Part shown: in pieces, positions 19,961-29,317 of the stretch | How positions within the stretch are numbered: the stretch's first letter is position 1 | Layout: every line of letters starts with the position of its first letter | DNA from: Clostridiales bacterium | Lineage (GTDB): Bacteria > Bacillota > Clostridia > Oscillospirales > CAG-272 | Length of the DNA stretch: 64,000 nucleotides | Reading direction: 5' to 3' | Assembly: GCA_012837425.1 (NCBI GenBank) | Contig: DURE01000050.1 | Span: 9,278 to 73,277, forward strand | Made by a program: the position numbers and the translations under genes | Notes under the pieces: generated by a model | What the model was told of the DNA's origin: nothing | Database searches by the model: none | What the model saw: only the letters and a program-made list of their open reading frames with translations

Positions 19961-22402
19961 ATGGCATTGACGCAATACAAAATCAATCAGCTTGCGAAGG
20001 ACCTCGGTATAAAAACCAAGGAGATTACCGACATTCTCAAAGAGAAGGGAATCGAGGCGCGGGCACAGAAGGTGCTCGAGCCCTTTGAGTTTGACATTCT
20101 CTTTGAGACGCTCACCAGGGCATATCAAATAACCAATATAGAAGACTATATTGACGGGATCACATATATTCCTTCAAAAATCGTCAAGGAACACGAGTTG
20201 CGGAAGGCTCAGAAGCGCGCCGGTGAGGCAAAGGCGGCGGCAGATGCCGAAAAACCAAAGCAGGCAGAGCCAGCCAGGCTACCCGGAAGGGCAGAACCGC
20301 AGATAAAAGCAGTCCCCGGGCCGACCAGGGTTGAGAAAACAAAGGCTGCCGAGCCAAAGCGCAAACCCGAAAAAGCAAAGCAGGGAGCCCCCAAGGAAAA
20401 ACGCCAGACCCAGCCGATAGTCCGCCAACATATTGCTCCAAAGCCGGAGGGCATGGTCAAAAAGCGCATTGTCGATACCAGGGGTACGACCATCGACCTG
20501 TCAAAATACGACGACCGCTTTGAGAAAATCGCCCCCGAGTCGGTCCGCGATATGCGGGGCGGCAGCGAAAAGGTCAAGCGCGGCAAGGGAGGGCAGACGG
20601 CGACGGTTAAGGGAAAGAAATTTACTCCCAAAAAGTCGGAGCCGATAAAGAAACAGCCGGTACATGTCTCGATACCCGACGAAATCCGTGTGGGCGAGCT
20701 TGCCTCAAGGCTCAAGGTCACGGCCAGCGAGGTCATAAAGCAGCTTGTGACAATGGGGCTTATGGTCACCGTGAATGAGTATATAGACTATGACACGGCT
20801 TATCTTGTCGCGGTTGACCTGGGGGCCGAGGTAACCCGGGAAGTTGTTGTCACAATTGAGGAAAAGCTGTTTGATGAGGAGCAGAACAGAGAGGAGGATT
20901 TGAAGCCGCGCGCGCCGGTCGTCTGCGTCATGGGACATGTCGACCACGGCAAAACCTCGCTGCTCGATGCGATAAGGCACACCAACGTGACCGCCGGAGA
21001 GGCCGGCGGCATCACGCAGCACATAGGTGCATACCGGGTAAAGGTGAAGGGGCGGGACATTACCTTCCTTGACACGCCCGGACATGAAGCCTTCACGGCA
21101 ATGCGCGCCCGCGGCGCCAAGGCAACCGATATAGCCATACTGGTGGTTGCCGCCGACGACGGCATAATGCCGCAGACAGTCGAGGCAATAAATCACGCCA
21201 AGGCGGCCGGAATTGAAATCATTGTAGCAATTAATAAAATCGACAAACCCACCGCCAACCCCGACCGAGTTGTCAAGGAGCTGACCAAATACGACCTGGT
21301 ACCCGAAGCCTGGGGCGGCGACGTCATCTGCGTACCGGTTTCAGCCCTCACAAAACAGGGAATCGACGATTTGCTTGAGGGTATTCTGCTGATAGCCGAC
21401 ATCAGGGAATATAAAGCAAATCCGAACAAACGGGCAAAAGGAGTTGTGGTTGAAGCCAAGCTTGACAAGGGCAGAGGGCCGGTAGCCACCCTTCTGGTTC
21501 AGAACGGAACGCTCCATACAGGCGACGTGGTGATAGCCGGGACGGCGGTTGGACGTGTCCGCATGATGACCGACCACAAGGGCAAGGTCATAAAGATGGC
21601 GACCCCGTCGATGCCGGTGGAAATCACCGGACTCTCCGAGGTTCCGTCAGCGAGTGATAGCTTCAATGCCGTCGAGGACGAAAAAATGGCCAGAACTCTT
21701 GCCGAAAAGCGCCGTGCCGAGGCAAAGGAGGAAACCTTCAAGGCAAATGCCCGGGCAAACCTCAACGACCTTTTCGCCCAGATTTCCGAGGGAGTCAAGA
21801 CTCTCAATGTTATAGTCAAGGCTGATGTTGACGGCTCTGCCGAGGCGGTCAAGGTTGCGCTTGAAAAGCTTTCAAACGAGGAGGTCAAAGTCAAGGTAAT
21901 CCATTCGGCGGCCGGCGGAATCAACGAGGGCGACGTGACCTTTGCCGCAGCCTCGGATGCCATTATTGTCGGGTTTAATGTCCGGCCTGATAAGCCGGCG
22001 CTCGATTCGGCCGAACGCCAGGGCGTCGAAATCCGGACCTACCGCGTAATATACGATTGTATCGAAGAGGTTACAGCCGCCATGAAAGGCATGCTTGCCC
22101 CCAAATACAGAGAAAACCTACTCGGGCATGTCGAGGTCAGACAGACTATCCGCGTTCCGAATGTCGGGATGATAGCCGGCTCGTATGTTCAGGACGGCAG
22201 GGTTACGCGCAGCTCCCTCATCCGTGTGCTGCGCCAGGGTGTGGTAATCTTCGAGGACAGGGTTGCGTCGCTGCGGCGCTTTAAGGACGATGTCCGCGAG
22301 GTTGCGGCCGGTTATGAATGCGGTATCGGGCTTGAACGGTTCAGCGACATTAAAGTCGGAGACATCCTTGAGGCATATGTCATGGAGGAAATTCTAGACT
22401 AA
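19961..22402 (+). CDS. infB: Translation initiation factor IF-2
   Basis: ATG 19961 preceded by AGGAGG. N-terminus [22 protein letters not shown], a K/A/P/E-rich linker, and GTPase motifs [20 protein letters not shown] and NKID. Confidence 0.98.
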   Translation: MALTQYKINQLAKDLGIKTKEITDILKEKGIEARAQKVLEPFEFDILFETLTRAYQITNIEDYIDGITYIPSKIVKEHELRKAQKRAGEAKAAADAEKPKQAEPARLPGRAEPQIKAVPGPTRVEKTKAAEPKRKPEKAKQGAPKEKRQTQPIVRQHIAPKPEGMVKKRIVDTRGTTIDLSKYDDRFEKIAPESVRDMRGGSEKVKRGKGGQTATVKGKKFTPKKSEPIKKQPVHVSIPDEIRVGELASRLKVTASEVIKQLVTMGLMVTVNEYIDYDTAYLVAVDLGAEVTREVVVTIEEKLFDEEQNREEDLKPRAPVVCVMGHVDHGKTSLLDAIRHTNVTAGEAGGITQHIGAYRVKVKGRDITFLDTPGHEAFTAMRARGAKATDIAILVVAADDGIMPQTVEAINHAKAAGIEIIVAINKIDKPTANPDRVVKELTKYDLVPEAWGGDVICVPVSALTKQGIDDLLEGILLIADIREYKANPNKRAKGVVVEAKLDKGRGPVATLLVQNGTLHTGDVVIAGTAVGRVRMMTDHKGKVIKMATPSMPVEITGLSEVPSASDSFNAVEDEKMARTLAEKRRAEAKEETFKANARANLNDLFAQISEGVKTLNVIVKADVDGSAEAVKVALEKLSNEEVKVKVIHSAAGGINEGDVTFAAASDAIIVGFNVRPDKPALDSAERQGVEIRTYRVIYDCIEEVTAAMKGMLAPKYRENLLGHVEVRQTIRVPNVGMIAGSYVQDGRVTRSSLIRVLRQGVVIFEDRVASLRRFKDDVREVAAGYECGIGLERFSDIKVGDILEAYVMEEILD

Positions 22403-22410
22403 AAGATAAT

Positions 22411-22443
22411 AAAACCTCCGGGGCGCCGCTCCGGAGGTTTTTC
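22411..22443 (+). terminator. Intrinsic terminator after infB
   Basis: AAAACCTCCGG-(loop)-CCGGAGGTTTTT. Confidence 0.8.
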
Positions 22444-22673
22444 AGTTTCAAAATGATAAAAATTACACTTCAAAAAACAAACCATCAACGACTATCCCAC
22501 CACTTTTTGCGCTGCGGCATTACGCCATGAATAATTCGCCTTGTAAAACAAAAAATGCCGGACAACCCCTAAAGATTGTTGTTCAATATTGCAAACAAAG
22601 AATAAACAGACAGATATGTTTTATGGCAGTTGCACAAAAATAAAATATATTTAATCGGTCGTTATAATTATTA

Positions 22674-22702
22674 TTGACATAAATGATTGCATGTGGTATT
22701 AT
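22674..22702 (+). promoter_or_regulatory. Sigma-A-type promoter (extended -10) for the lipoprotein gene
   Basis: TTGACA, a 17-nt spacer ending in TGG, then TATTAT. Confidence 0.55.
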
Positions 22703-22757
22703 TATTCCCAAGGATGCTGTTAGCATTTTATAAACAACTTCAGGAGAGGATTGTGCA

Positions 22758-23804
22758 ATGAAAAAACTACTTACTTTAATTCTTGCGCTGCTTATGCTTC
22801 TCACGCTTGTCGCCTGCCAGGGTGGTGAGGACGACAAAGAAACCGTCGGTACCACCACTGCCGGACCCGACGGGGAAACCACCACGGCAAAGGAAACCAC
22901 GGCAAAAGAAACCACCGCCAAGGAAACCACCACGGCAGTGGAAACCACCACCGAACCCGCAGTTGAAATTCCGGTAGTTCAAGAGGGCCTGATGGTTTTC
23001 TTTGAGGACTTCGACAGCTATGTAAACACCGAGGGCAATGATGCCGTAATGGCTCTCATTGGTTGGAAGATAAGGAATACTTCCGACGGTGCCTTTAAAG
23101 ACAATACCGGTAGTTTTTCAATTGAGAACGGCGCTCTAAAGTACATCAATAACGTGGTTGGTGGTCAAGACTCTTATATCCTGATTCTCGACGATGACTA
23201 CATGACCCCCTGCGCTCAGGGCGACTACACCGTGCAGTACGATGTCAAGTACATAGATGCCGGCAACTCCGAAAGATATGCGGTTATTATCCTGAACTAC
23301 GACGGCTACAACAGCTACAACTCGGCCCACATCCGCATTGCCGGCTCGGGCAACAATCAGGTCAGATATTTCGGCAGCTGGTATACTTACGATGTTCCCG
23401 GCCCCTACTATGCAGCCGACAAGGCAGACGGTGACGGCTCCTCGACGATTATCAACAAGCTGACCGGCGCCAACTATGACTCAAATGTATGGGCGCTAAA
23501 GGACAAGTGGATAACAATCAGATATCAGGCAAATTATAATGAAGGCCCCACGGTCTACATCCGAGACAACAGCCAGGCCGGCTCCGACTTTGTCTGTGTG
23601 TCGAAGGCCGATTCAGCTGCGGGCGGAATCTTCTACTGGAATGAAATTCCGAATTACGCCGTGGCGCTAAAACTCGGCGCGACTATTGACGGCTATCTTG
23701 ACAACGTCGCCATCTGGACCGGGCTCGGCGATATACCGGCAGACAAGAGCACCGGCGCCTATGAGGCAGCCATCGCCGCCTACCTTGCCGAGGTTCAGAA
23801 GTAA
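22758..23804 (+). CDS. Lipoprotein with a T/E/K-rich repeat linker and a globular domain of unknown function
   Basis: Signal peptide and lipobox MKKLLTLILALLMLLTLVAC, an ETTAKETTAKETTAKETT linker, then a beta-rich domain of about 270 aa (..YTVQYDVKYIDAGNSERYAVIILNYDGYNSYNSAHIRIAG..). I cannot assign a family. Confidence 0.75.
   Translation: MKKLLTLILALLMLLTLVACQGGEDDKETVGTTTAGPDGETTTAKETTAKETTAKETTTAVETTTEPAVEIPVVQEGLMVFFEDFDSYVNTEGNDAVMALIGWKIRNTSDGAFKDNTGSFSIENGALKYINNVVGGQDSYILILDDDYMTPCAQGDYTVQYDVKYIDAGNSERYAVIILNYDGYNSYNSAHIRIAGSGNNQVRYFGSWYTYDVPGPYYAADKADGDGSSTIINKLTGANYDSNVWALKDKWITIRYQANYNEGPTVYIRDNSQAGSDFVCVSKADSAAGGIFYWNEIPNYAVALKLGATIDGYLDNVAIWTGLGDIPADKSTGAYEAAIAAYLAEVQK
22875..22955 (+). 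repeat. Imperfect 15-bp tandem repeats (GAAACCACNGCNAAR) encoding (ETTAK)n
   Basis: Sequence gaaaccaccacggcaaag gaaaccacggcaaaa gaaaccaccgccaag gaaaccaccacggcagtg gaaaccaccacc. Confidence 0.8.
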
Positions 23805-23812
23805 TAATCACG

Positions 23813-23851
23813 AAAAAACACCGGGATGCCGCGGCATCCCGGTGTTTTTTC
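23813..23851 (+). terminator. Intrinsic terminator after the lipoprotein gene
   Basis: AAAAAACACCGGGATGCCGCGGCATCCCGGTGTTTTTT. Confidence 0.85.
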
Positions 23852-23979
23852 TTCGCTTTCGCTCAGGATGACAGGGTTTTGTTTATTTCGGTTGTTGTCA
23901 ATCCGAGCGCGCAGAAAATCCTGCAAATACACCTTGTGTATATTTAAGAGGGATATGCCGGGAGCGCAGCTCCCGGCCG

Positions 23980-24066
23980 TCAGCGTTTCTTTACTTTTCT
24001 GAATCCAAAGAACCTCCGCAGCAGCGGCGCCAGAAACCCGGGCGAGCGGAACACAATGATTTTCAT
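23980..24066 (-). CDS. spoVM: Stage V sporulation protein M-like small protein (28 aa)
   Basis: Below the ORF-track size cutoff. My hand translation is MKIIVFRSPGFLAPLLRRFFGFRKVKKR. B. subtilis SpoVM is MKFYTIKLPKFLGGIVRAMLGSFRKD. The two share MK, P9, F11-L12, R17, G21 and FRK. It lies directly downstream of thiN, as in B. subtilis (thiN-spoVM). Confidence 0.65.
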   Translation of the reverse strand: MKIIVFRSPGFLAPLLRRFFGFRKVKKR

Positions 24067-24250
24067 ATAAATACCATGCCCTTTCTGCAAAACAAGGCGG
24101 GTGCCGCATAAGAGACTGCATATCCGGACCCAATGCCAATACTTGTGTGTTCGCCGCCGGTGTCGGCCGGGCGGCGGCCTCTGTTCTCAGTATATGCGGG
24201 CAGACGGGCTTGTGATTATCCGCGCGCCCGAATTCATGCCGGAGCCGGAC

Positions 24251-24889
24251 TCAAGTGCCATCGGCTTTATCCCGGCTCTCGATTATGAAGATGCCACCGC
24301 GGCGCACCGAGACCAGCGCGCAGTTGCCCTCGATTTCATTCGAGACTGCATACTGCAGCCACCGCGAAAGCCTGGCGTTCTCAAGCGGGTATTTGCAGCC
24401 CTCAACAGAGACGCCCCTTACCTTTTCGTCGCAGGCGAGAACAGACAGGTACTTATATCCGCTCCTCGGTATCAGCACGCTTGAGTTTTTCAGGTACCTT
24501 ACCCGATTGAGGCCGCTGAGCGCCATCGCATATATGCCGCGGGAGCCCAAGTCCTCAAGAATTCCGAGAAGTGAGAGGGTATGGTCAAGCCGTCCGTCAA
24601 GCCCGCCAATAAATATTATATTGTCGGCCCCCCGCCCTATTGCAATGTCAACGGCAAGCTGGGCGTCGGTCAGGTCCTTTTCGGGCGGGTAGTTTATAAC
24701 TTCGATTTCCCCGGGTATGCTGTACTCGCCTAAGGAGTCCATGTCGCCGAGCAGGATATCCACCCGCTCGCCCAGTTTTTCGGCGTTGAAGTAGCCCGAG
24801 TCGGCGGCAATTGAGAGGTCGCCGGGGGCCGGGTGCTCGGTTATATTCTGCGACAGGATTTCCCCGTCAAGATAGATATATGCTTTCAT
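24251..24889 (-). CDS. thiN: Thiamine pyrophosphokinase
   Basis: Sequence MKAYIYLDGEI...IAADSGYFNAEKLGERVDILLGDMDS... and GGLDGRLDHTL. Position after rsgA. Confidence 0.9.
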   Translation of the reverse strand: MKAYIYLDGEILSQNITEHPAPGDLSIAADSGYFNAEKLGERVDILLGDMDSLGEYSIPGEIEVINYPPEKDLTDAQLAVDIAIGRGADNIIFIGGLDGRLDHTLSLLGILEDLGSRGIYAMALSGLNRVRYLKNSSVLIPRSGYKYLSVLACDEKVRGVSVEGCKYPLENARLSRWLQYAVSNEIEGNCALVSVRRGGIFIIESRDKADGT

Positions 24890-24935
24890 TAAAATGCTCC
24901 TTATTCACAAATGCGGGCGGCCGGATGTCGGTTTT

Positions 24936-25871
24936 TCAGTCCCACGGGCGCTTGGTTTTCAGAATCTCGTAGAGGTTCACATAGCTCCGGTGTCTTGAGG
25001 GGGCAATTTTGCCTTCCTGCACCGCCGTAATAATAGCGCAGCCCTCCTCTTTTGTGTGGCTGCATTTGGTGTAGCGACAGCTGCCCAAGAGTTCGCCGAA
25101 CTCCCGGAAGGTGTGCGGCAGGTCCTCTTTTGAGAAGTAATCGAAGCGCTCAAAGTCGAGCAGCGAGAACCCGGGCGTGTCGGCGATAAACCCGGCCGGG
25201 CGGCCTTGAGAGCGCACCGGATAGAGGGTGACACGGCGGGTGGTGTGCCGCCCGCGCCCGATTTTTTCGCTGACATCCGAGGTCTCGAGCCCAAGGCCCG
25301 GGAAAAGCAGGTTCATCAGGGTCGATTTCCCGACTCCCGAGGCGCCGGCAAAGGCGGCGCTCTGCCCGGGCAGGTTGCTGTCGATAAAGCGGCGCAGGGC
25401 GTCAACTCCTTCGCCGGTGTAGCAGCTCAGACAAAAAACGTTATATCCGGCAAGGCGATAGACCTCGCCGAGCTCTGCGGCGCGGCGGCGGTCGAGTTCG
25501 GTCTTGTTTATTATTACAACCGGCTCAATCGTATTGAACTCGGCAATTGAGATAAGTTTGTCGGCCATGCCGGTGTCGGGCTCGGGCCGGGCTGCCGACA
25601 TGGTCACGAATATGTAGTCAATGTTGGCAAGAGGCGGGCGAACAAGCCGGTTTTTGCGCTCGAGTATCCGGGTTATCACGGCGCACGAGGCGTTGTCCTC
25701 CCGCTCGAATCCCACCCTGACAATATCCCCGACAACAGGCTTTTCCCTGTTGTGCCGGAATACCCCCCGGGCGCGGCAGTCAAACTCCTGCCCTGCCGGG
25801 GTGAGAGTGTCGGTTATCACTGTATAAAGGCCGCCAACACTGCAGGTTATCCTCCCTTTATATTCAACCAT
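24936..25871 (-). CDS. rsgA: Ribosome small-subunit-dependent GTPase A
   Basis: Circularly permuted GTPase: NKTELD, then GASGVGKSTLMNLL. C-terminal zinc-finger cysteines (CRYTKCSHTKEEGC). Confidence 0.95.
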   Translation of the reverse strand: MVEYKGRITCSVGGLYTVITDTLTPAGQEFDCRARGVFRHNREKPVVGDIVRVGFEREDNASCAVITRILERKNRLVRPPLANIDYIFVTMSAARPEPDTGMADKLISIAEFNTIEPVVIINKTELDRRRAAELGEVYRLAGYNVFCLSCYTGEGVDALRRFIDSNLPGQSAAFAGASGVGKSTLMNLLFPGLGLETSDVSEKIGRGRHTTRRVTLYPVRSQGRPAGFIADTPGFSLLDFERFDYFSKEDLPHTFREFGELLGSCRYTKCSHTKEEGCAIITAVQEGKIAPSRHRSYVNLYEILKTKRPWD

Positions 25872-25933
25872 ATCACCATTCCTTTGTTTGGGATTTTGCT
25901 GGCTGTGTCGCGCCGGAAAAACGAAGGCAAGCG

Positions 25934-26797
25934 CTATCCTTCTCCGAGGCTGACAGTGAGATATACTTTGGTGCCGGCTCTGACGCTGCTACCGAAGGGC
26001 TCGCTCTGGGCGATGACTATGCCGGCCGGCTTTGAGGATTTGACATATTCGGTCTTGCCTACAAGCAGGCCTGCCGAGAGCAGCCTGGTTATCGCCGCGG
26101 TCTCGCCCAGACCTGTCAGCGCAGGCACCACCACATACTCAAGCTCCTGCCCGAGGCTGACATAAAGTATGACGGTGGCTCCCGAGGGCAGGTCTGAGTA
26201 TGCCGGCGGGGAGGTGGAGATGACGGTGCCGGCCTGGGCGGTTACGCTGTGCTTTTGCACAATGCTGACCTCAAAGCCCAGTGACCGCAGCTCAAGCTCG
26301 GCCTTGGCGCAGTTTTCTCCGGCGTAATCGGGGAGGATAATTGTATCGGGCCCGCGGCTGAGGGTAAGTGTCAGTGCGCAGCGCCGCTCGCCCTTTTTCA
26401 CCATCCGGCCGGCCCCGGGCGGGGGGTACTGGGAAATAACCGTACCCGCCGGGCTTGAGCCGTCAAATTTATATTCGATGCTCACATCAAAAAGCTCGGT
26501 GTCCACAGACCCGTCCGAGTAAACCGAGCCGCAAAAGTCGGGGACCGTCACTCGGATTACCCCGCTGCGGTCGGGCAGAATGACGGTGGCAAAGGCCACA
26601 ATACCGGCCAGCAGCGTGACGAATACCGAGGCCGCGGCAACACCCAAAAGGGTGCCCATGTTGCGGTCGAGCTTGTTCCCGATACGTCGGAAAAACACCC
26701 CGGCCGGGGTTATGTGAGTTACCCGGCGGCGCTTGAGCACCACTGCCCGGTGATAATTGTTCCTGACCTTCCCGCCGCCCCTTTGAGTGTTGTTCAT
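25934..26797 (-). CDS. Membrane-anchored protein with three PASTA domains and no kinase domain
   Basis: ATG 26797 preceded by GGAGGTG. A basic cytoplasmic stretch of about 45 aa, one TM helix (LLGVAAASVFVTLLAGIVAFATVIL), then three repeats of about 68 aa of PASTA type (VPDFCG.., LPDYAGENCAKAELELRSLGF.., VPALTGLGETAAITRLLSAGL..). No Hanks kinase motifs are present. Confidence 0.8.
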   Translation of the reverse strand: MNNTQRGGGKVRNNYHRAVVLKRRRVTHITPAGVFFRRIGNKLDRNMGTLLGVAAASVFVTLLAGIVAFATVILPDRSGVIRVTVPDFCGSVYSDGSVDTELFDVSIEYKFDGSSPAGTVISQYPPPGAGRMVKKGERRCALTLTLSRGPDTIILPDYAGENCAKAELELRSLGFEVSIVQKHSVTAQAGTVISTSPPAYSDLPSGATVILYVSLGQELEYVVVPALTGLGETAAITRLLSAGLLVGKTEYVKSSKPAGIVIAQSEPFGSSVRAGTKVYLTVSLGEG

Positions 26798-26867
26798 GCG
26801 GAACACCTCCGACTGATATGTAGGGGCGTAAGGTCGGCAATTGAACTTGCAGTTTTCTGTATTGAAA

Positions 26868-26940
26868 GTTTTTTGAGGATTCTCAAGGAATTTTTTTCAA
26901 AAAAGTTCCTTGAGCGGGGGCACGGGGGCAGCGCCCCCGT
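26868..26940 (-). repeat. Composite hairpin repeat, copy R5, overlapping the rlmN 3' end
   Basis: Sequence gttttttgaggattctcaaggaatttttttcaaaaaagttccttgagcgggggcacgggggcagcgcccccgt. The last 14 codons of rlmN and its stop codon (..YGGAAPVPPLKELF*) are encoded by the repeat. Confidence 0.85.
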
Positions 26941-28000
26941 ACTTCGTACTCTCGCGGCGGAGCTGGCCGCAGGAGGCGTTTATATCGGCGCCGAGCCGCC
27001 GGCGCAGGGTGGCTCTGATTCCCCGGCGCTCGAGTATTGCGGCAAAGGCGCGCGGGTCGGCGGCCCTGGCGCCGGGGTCTGCCTGCTCGCGGCCATAAAC
27101 CTTGTTTTGCGGGATGAGATTTACATGTATCGGCATGGGTCCGTCTGCCCGCAGGCAGGAGTTGAGCAGGTCAGCGAGTTTATTTGCATCGTCGGGGCTG
27201 TCGTTTAGCCCCGGGATGAGGATATATTCGAAGGAAATCCGCCGTCCGGGACCCGAGCGGTAGTATTCGCGGCAGGCGTCGAGCAGCTCTGCGATACCCC
27301 AGCGCCTGTTAATCGGCATGAGGCGGGAGCGCAGAGAGTCGTCGGCGGCATGGAGCGAGATTGAGAGGATTATCGGCAGGTTCTCGTCGCGCAGTTTGTA
27401 GATTTTGTCGACCAGCCCGCAGGTTGAGAGCGAGATATGTCTATAACCGATATTGAGCCCATATTCATGATTGACAAGATGCAGGAATTTTATAACGTTG
27501 TCATAGTTGTCGAGCGGCTCGCCGATGCCCATCATGACAATATTTGAAATCCGCTCGCCGGCATCAAGCTGCGCCGCGATGACCTGACCTAAAATTTCGC
27601 CCGGGTTGAGGTTGCGCACTCGGCCGCCTATTGTCGAGGCGCAGAAGGCGCAGCCCATGGAGCAGCCCACCTGGGTTGAGACGCAGATGCTGTTTCCGTG
27701 CTTGTATTTCATCAGCACGCTCTCAATACAGTTGCCGTCGGCCAGCTCAAAAAGGTATTTTATTGTGCCGTCAAGCTTTGAGACCAACTTTTTGCGCACT
27801 TCGGGCAGGTGGTATGAGGCGGCGGAGCGCAATTTTTCCTTTGTGGCCTTGCCGATGTTTGTCATCTCGTCGGGCGGCAGGCCGCGGTGCAGCCCCTCAA
27901 AGAGCTGGCGCGCGCGGTAGCCTGGTTCGCCGAGCGAGGCCATGAGAACCGAGAGCTCGTCGGGGAGCAGCGAGAGCAGCTCGGGACGGGAGTTTTCCAT
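26897..28000 (-). CDS. rlmN: 23S rRNA / tRNA (adenine-C2)-methyltransferase RlmN (radical SAM)
   Basis: Radical SAM motif CSMGCAFCAS and C-terminal ..CGQLR. Position after rsmB. Confidence 0.95.
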   Translation of the reverse strand: MENSRPELLSLLPDELSVLMASLGEPGYRARQLFEGLHRGLPPDEMTNIGKATKEKLRSAASYHLPEVRKKLVSKLDGTIKYLFELADGNCIESVLMKYKHGNSICVSTQVGCSMGCAFCASTIGGRVRNLNPGEILGQVIAAQLDAGERISNIVMMGIGEPLDNYDNVIKFLHLVNHEYGLNIGYRHISLSTCGLVDKIYKLRDENLPIILSISLHAADDSLRSRLMPINRRWGIAELLDACREYYRSGPGRRISFEYILIPGLNDSPDDANKLADLLNSCLRADGPMPIHVNLIPQNKVYGREQADPGARAADPRAFAAILERRGIRATLRRRLGADINASCGQLRRESTKYGGAAPVPPLKELF

Positions 28001-29317
28001 TTATTTCAGTCCTTTTTTCATGCAGGCTATAAAAAAACCGTCGGTGTGGTGGGTGTCGGGGTACAGGGTTATCATGCCGTCGGACGACAGCGCGCCGGCA
28101 GTGAAGGGTGAGAGATGAAAATCAGGGTATCCGGCAAGAAAGCGGCCGACAACCTCCTCGTTTTCTTCGGGCAGGATAGTGCAGGTAGAGTATACAAGCA
28201 GGCCGCCGGGCTTTAGGTATTTTGAGCAGTTGTCAAGTATCGCATACTGAACTTCGGGCAGACCGGCGACGTCGGCCGGGTTTTTGTAGCGGATTTCGGG
28301 CTTTTTGGCCATCACGCCGTAGCCCGAGCAGGGTACGTCGCAGAGCACGCGGTCGGCAGAGACAAAGAGGGCCGGGTCAGGCAGGCTTGCGTCGCCCGGC
28401 GTTGTTTCAATTATCTCAATTCCCAGCTTATCAGCTCCCGAATCAATGAGCGGGAGCCTGCTTTCGTGCAAATCAAAAGACAGAACGCGCCCGGTGTTCT
28501 GCATTGCCAGCGCTATTCCGAAGCTCTTTGAGCCGGGGGCGGCGCAGGCGTCGATTACGGTCATCCCCGGGTGGGCGCCGAGCGCGCGCACAGAGAGCTG
28601 CGAGGCCTCATCCTGCACGAAGAAAAGCCCCTCCTCAAAGCCGGGCAGTAATGCCAGCGGGGCAGTGTCAAGGCAGACGCCGTCGGGCGAGAGGTCTGTC
28701 GGCGCGGCGGTTATGCCGGACTCGGCAAATTTGGCCAGCAGGCCTTCACGCGTGGTTCTGAGCGTGTTGACCCGCAGGGTCAGCCCCGGGGTCTTATCGA
28801 AGGCCGAGAGCAGCGACTCGGTGCGCCCGGGCCCGAAAATTCCGACAAAGCGCTTACACAGCCCGGCAGGGAAGGAGTATTTGACCGAAAGATATTCGGG
28901 AAAGTTACCGTCGCGCGGAGGGAGTGCGATATTGTCGCGTTCGCGAAGAAATCGGCGGAGCAGCGCGTTGACAAAGCCGGACGCCCGGCGCGGGGCGAGT
29001 GAGACCGTCTCGCTTACCGCCGCGTGGTCGGGTATTCTGTCGGTAAAAATGAGCTGGTAGAGACCGAGGCGCAGTATTGTGCGAATTTCGGGCTCGATTT
29101 TCCCGGGCGGCAGGGCCGAGAGCTTGTCTATATAGTAGTCGAGAGTTATCTGCTTTTCGATAACCCCCATGACAAGCAGTGTTAAAAGCCCCCGGTCGGC
29201 GGGGATGAGGCTATGCTTTTTTATTGCCGCGTCAAGCGCGAGGTTTGAATAGCGCCCGGCCGCGCAGCCCGAGAGCAGGTCGAGGGCTATGCGGCGGACA
29301 TTTTTTGGTGTCGGCAT
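28001..29317 (-). CDS. rsmB: 16S rRNA (cytosine967-C5)-methyltransferase RsmB
   Basis: N-terminal NusB-like domain and C-terminal SAM methyltransferase domain (VIDACAAPGSKS, DVPCSGYGV, YSTCT). Confidence 0.93.
   Translation of the reverse strand: MPTPKNVRRIALDLLSGCAAGRYSNLALDAAIKKHSLIPADRGLLTLLVMGVIEKQITLDYYIDKLSALPPGKIEPEIRTILRLGLYQLIFTDRIPDHAAVSETVSLAPRRASGFVNALLRRFLRERDNIALPPRDGNFPEYLSVKYSFPAGLCKRFVGIFGPGRTESLLSAFDKTPGLTLRVNTLRTTREGLLAKFAESGITAAPTDLSPDGVCLDTAPLALLPGFEEGLFFVQDEASQLSVRALGAHPGMTVIDACAAPGSKSFGIALAMQNTGRVLSFDLHESRLPLIDSGADKLGIEIIETTPGDASLPDPALFVSADRVLCDVPCSGYGVMAKKPEIRYKNPADVAGLPEVQYAILDNCSKYLKPGGLLVYSTCTILPEENEEVVGRFLAGYPDFHLSPFTAGALSSDGMITLYPDTHHTDGFFIACMKKGLK

Noticed and set aside
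22875-22955. Short tandem repeats and the dispersed hairpin repeats as a possible CRISPR array.
   Set aside because: There are no regularly spaced identical repeats with unique spacers. The 15-bp units are contiguous and coding, the hairpin repeats are scattered kilobases apart, and no cas genes are present.
24067-24250. A sigma-E-type promoter for spoVM (ATAATC ... CATATACT on the minus strand).
   Set aside because: The spacing is about 17 nt rather than about 14, and the sequence matches the consensus only loosely. I do not consider it supported.
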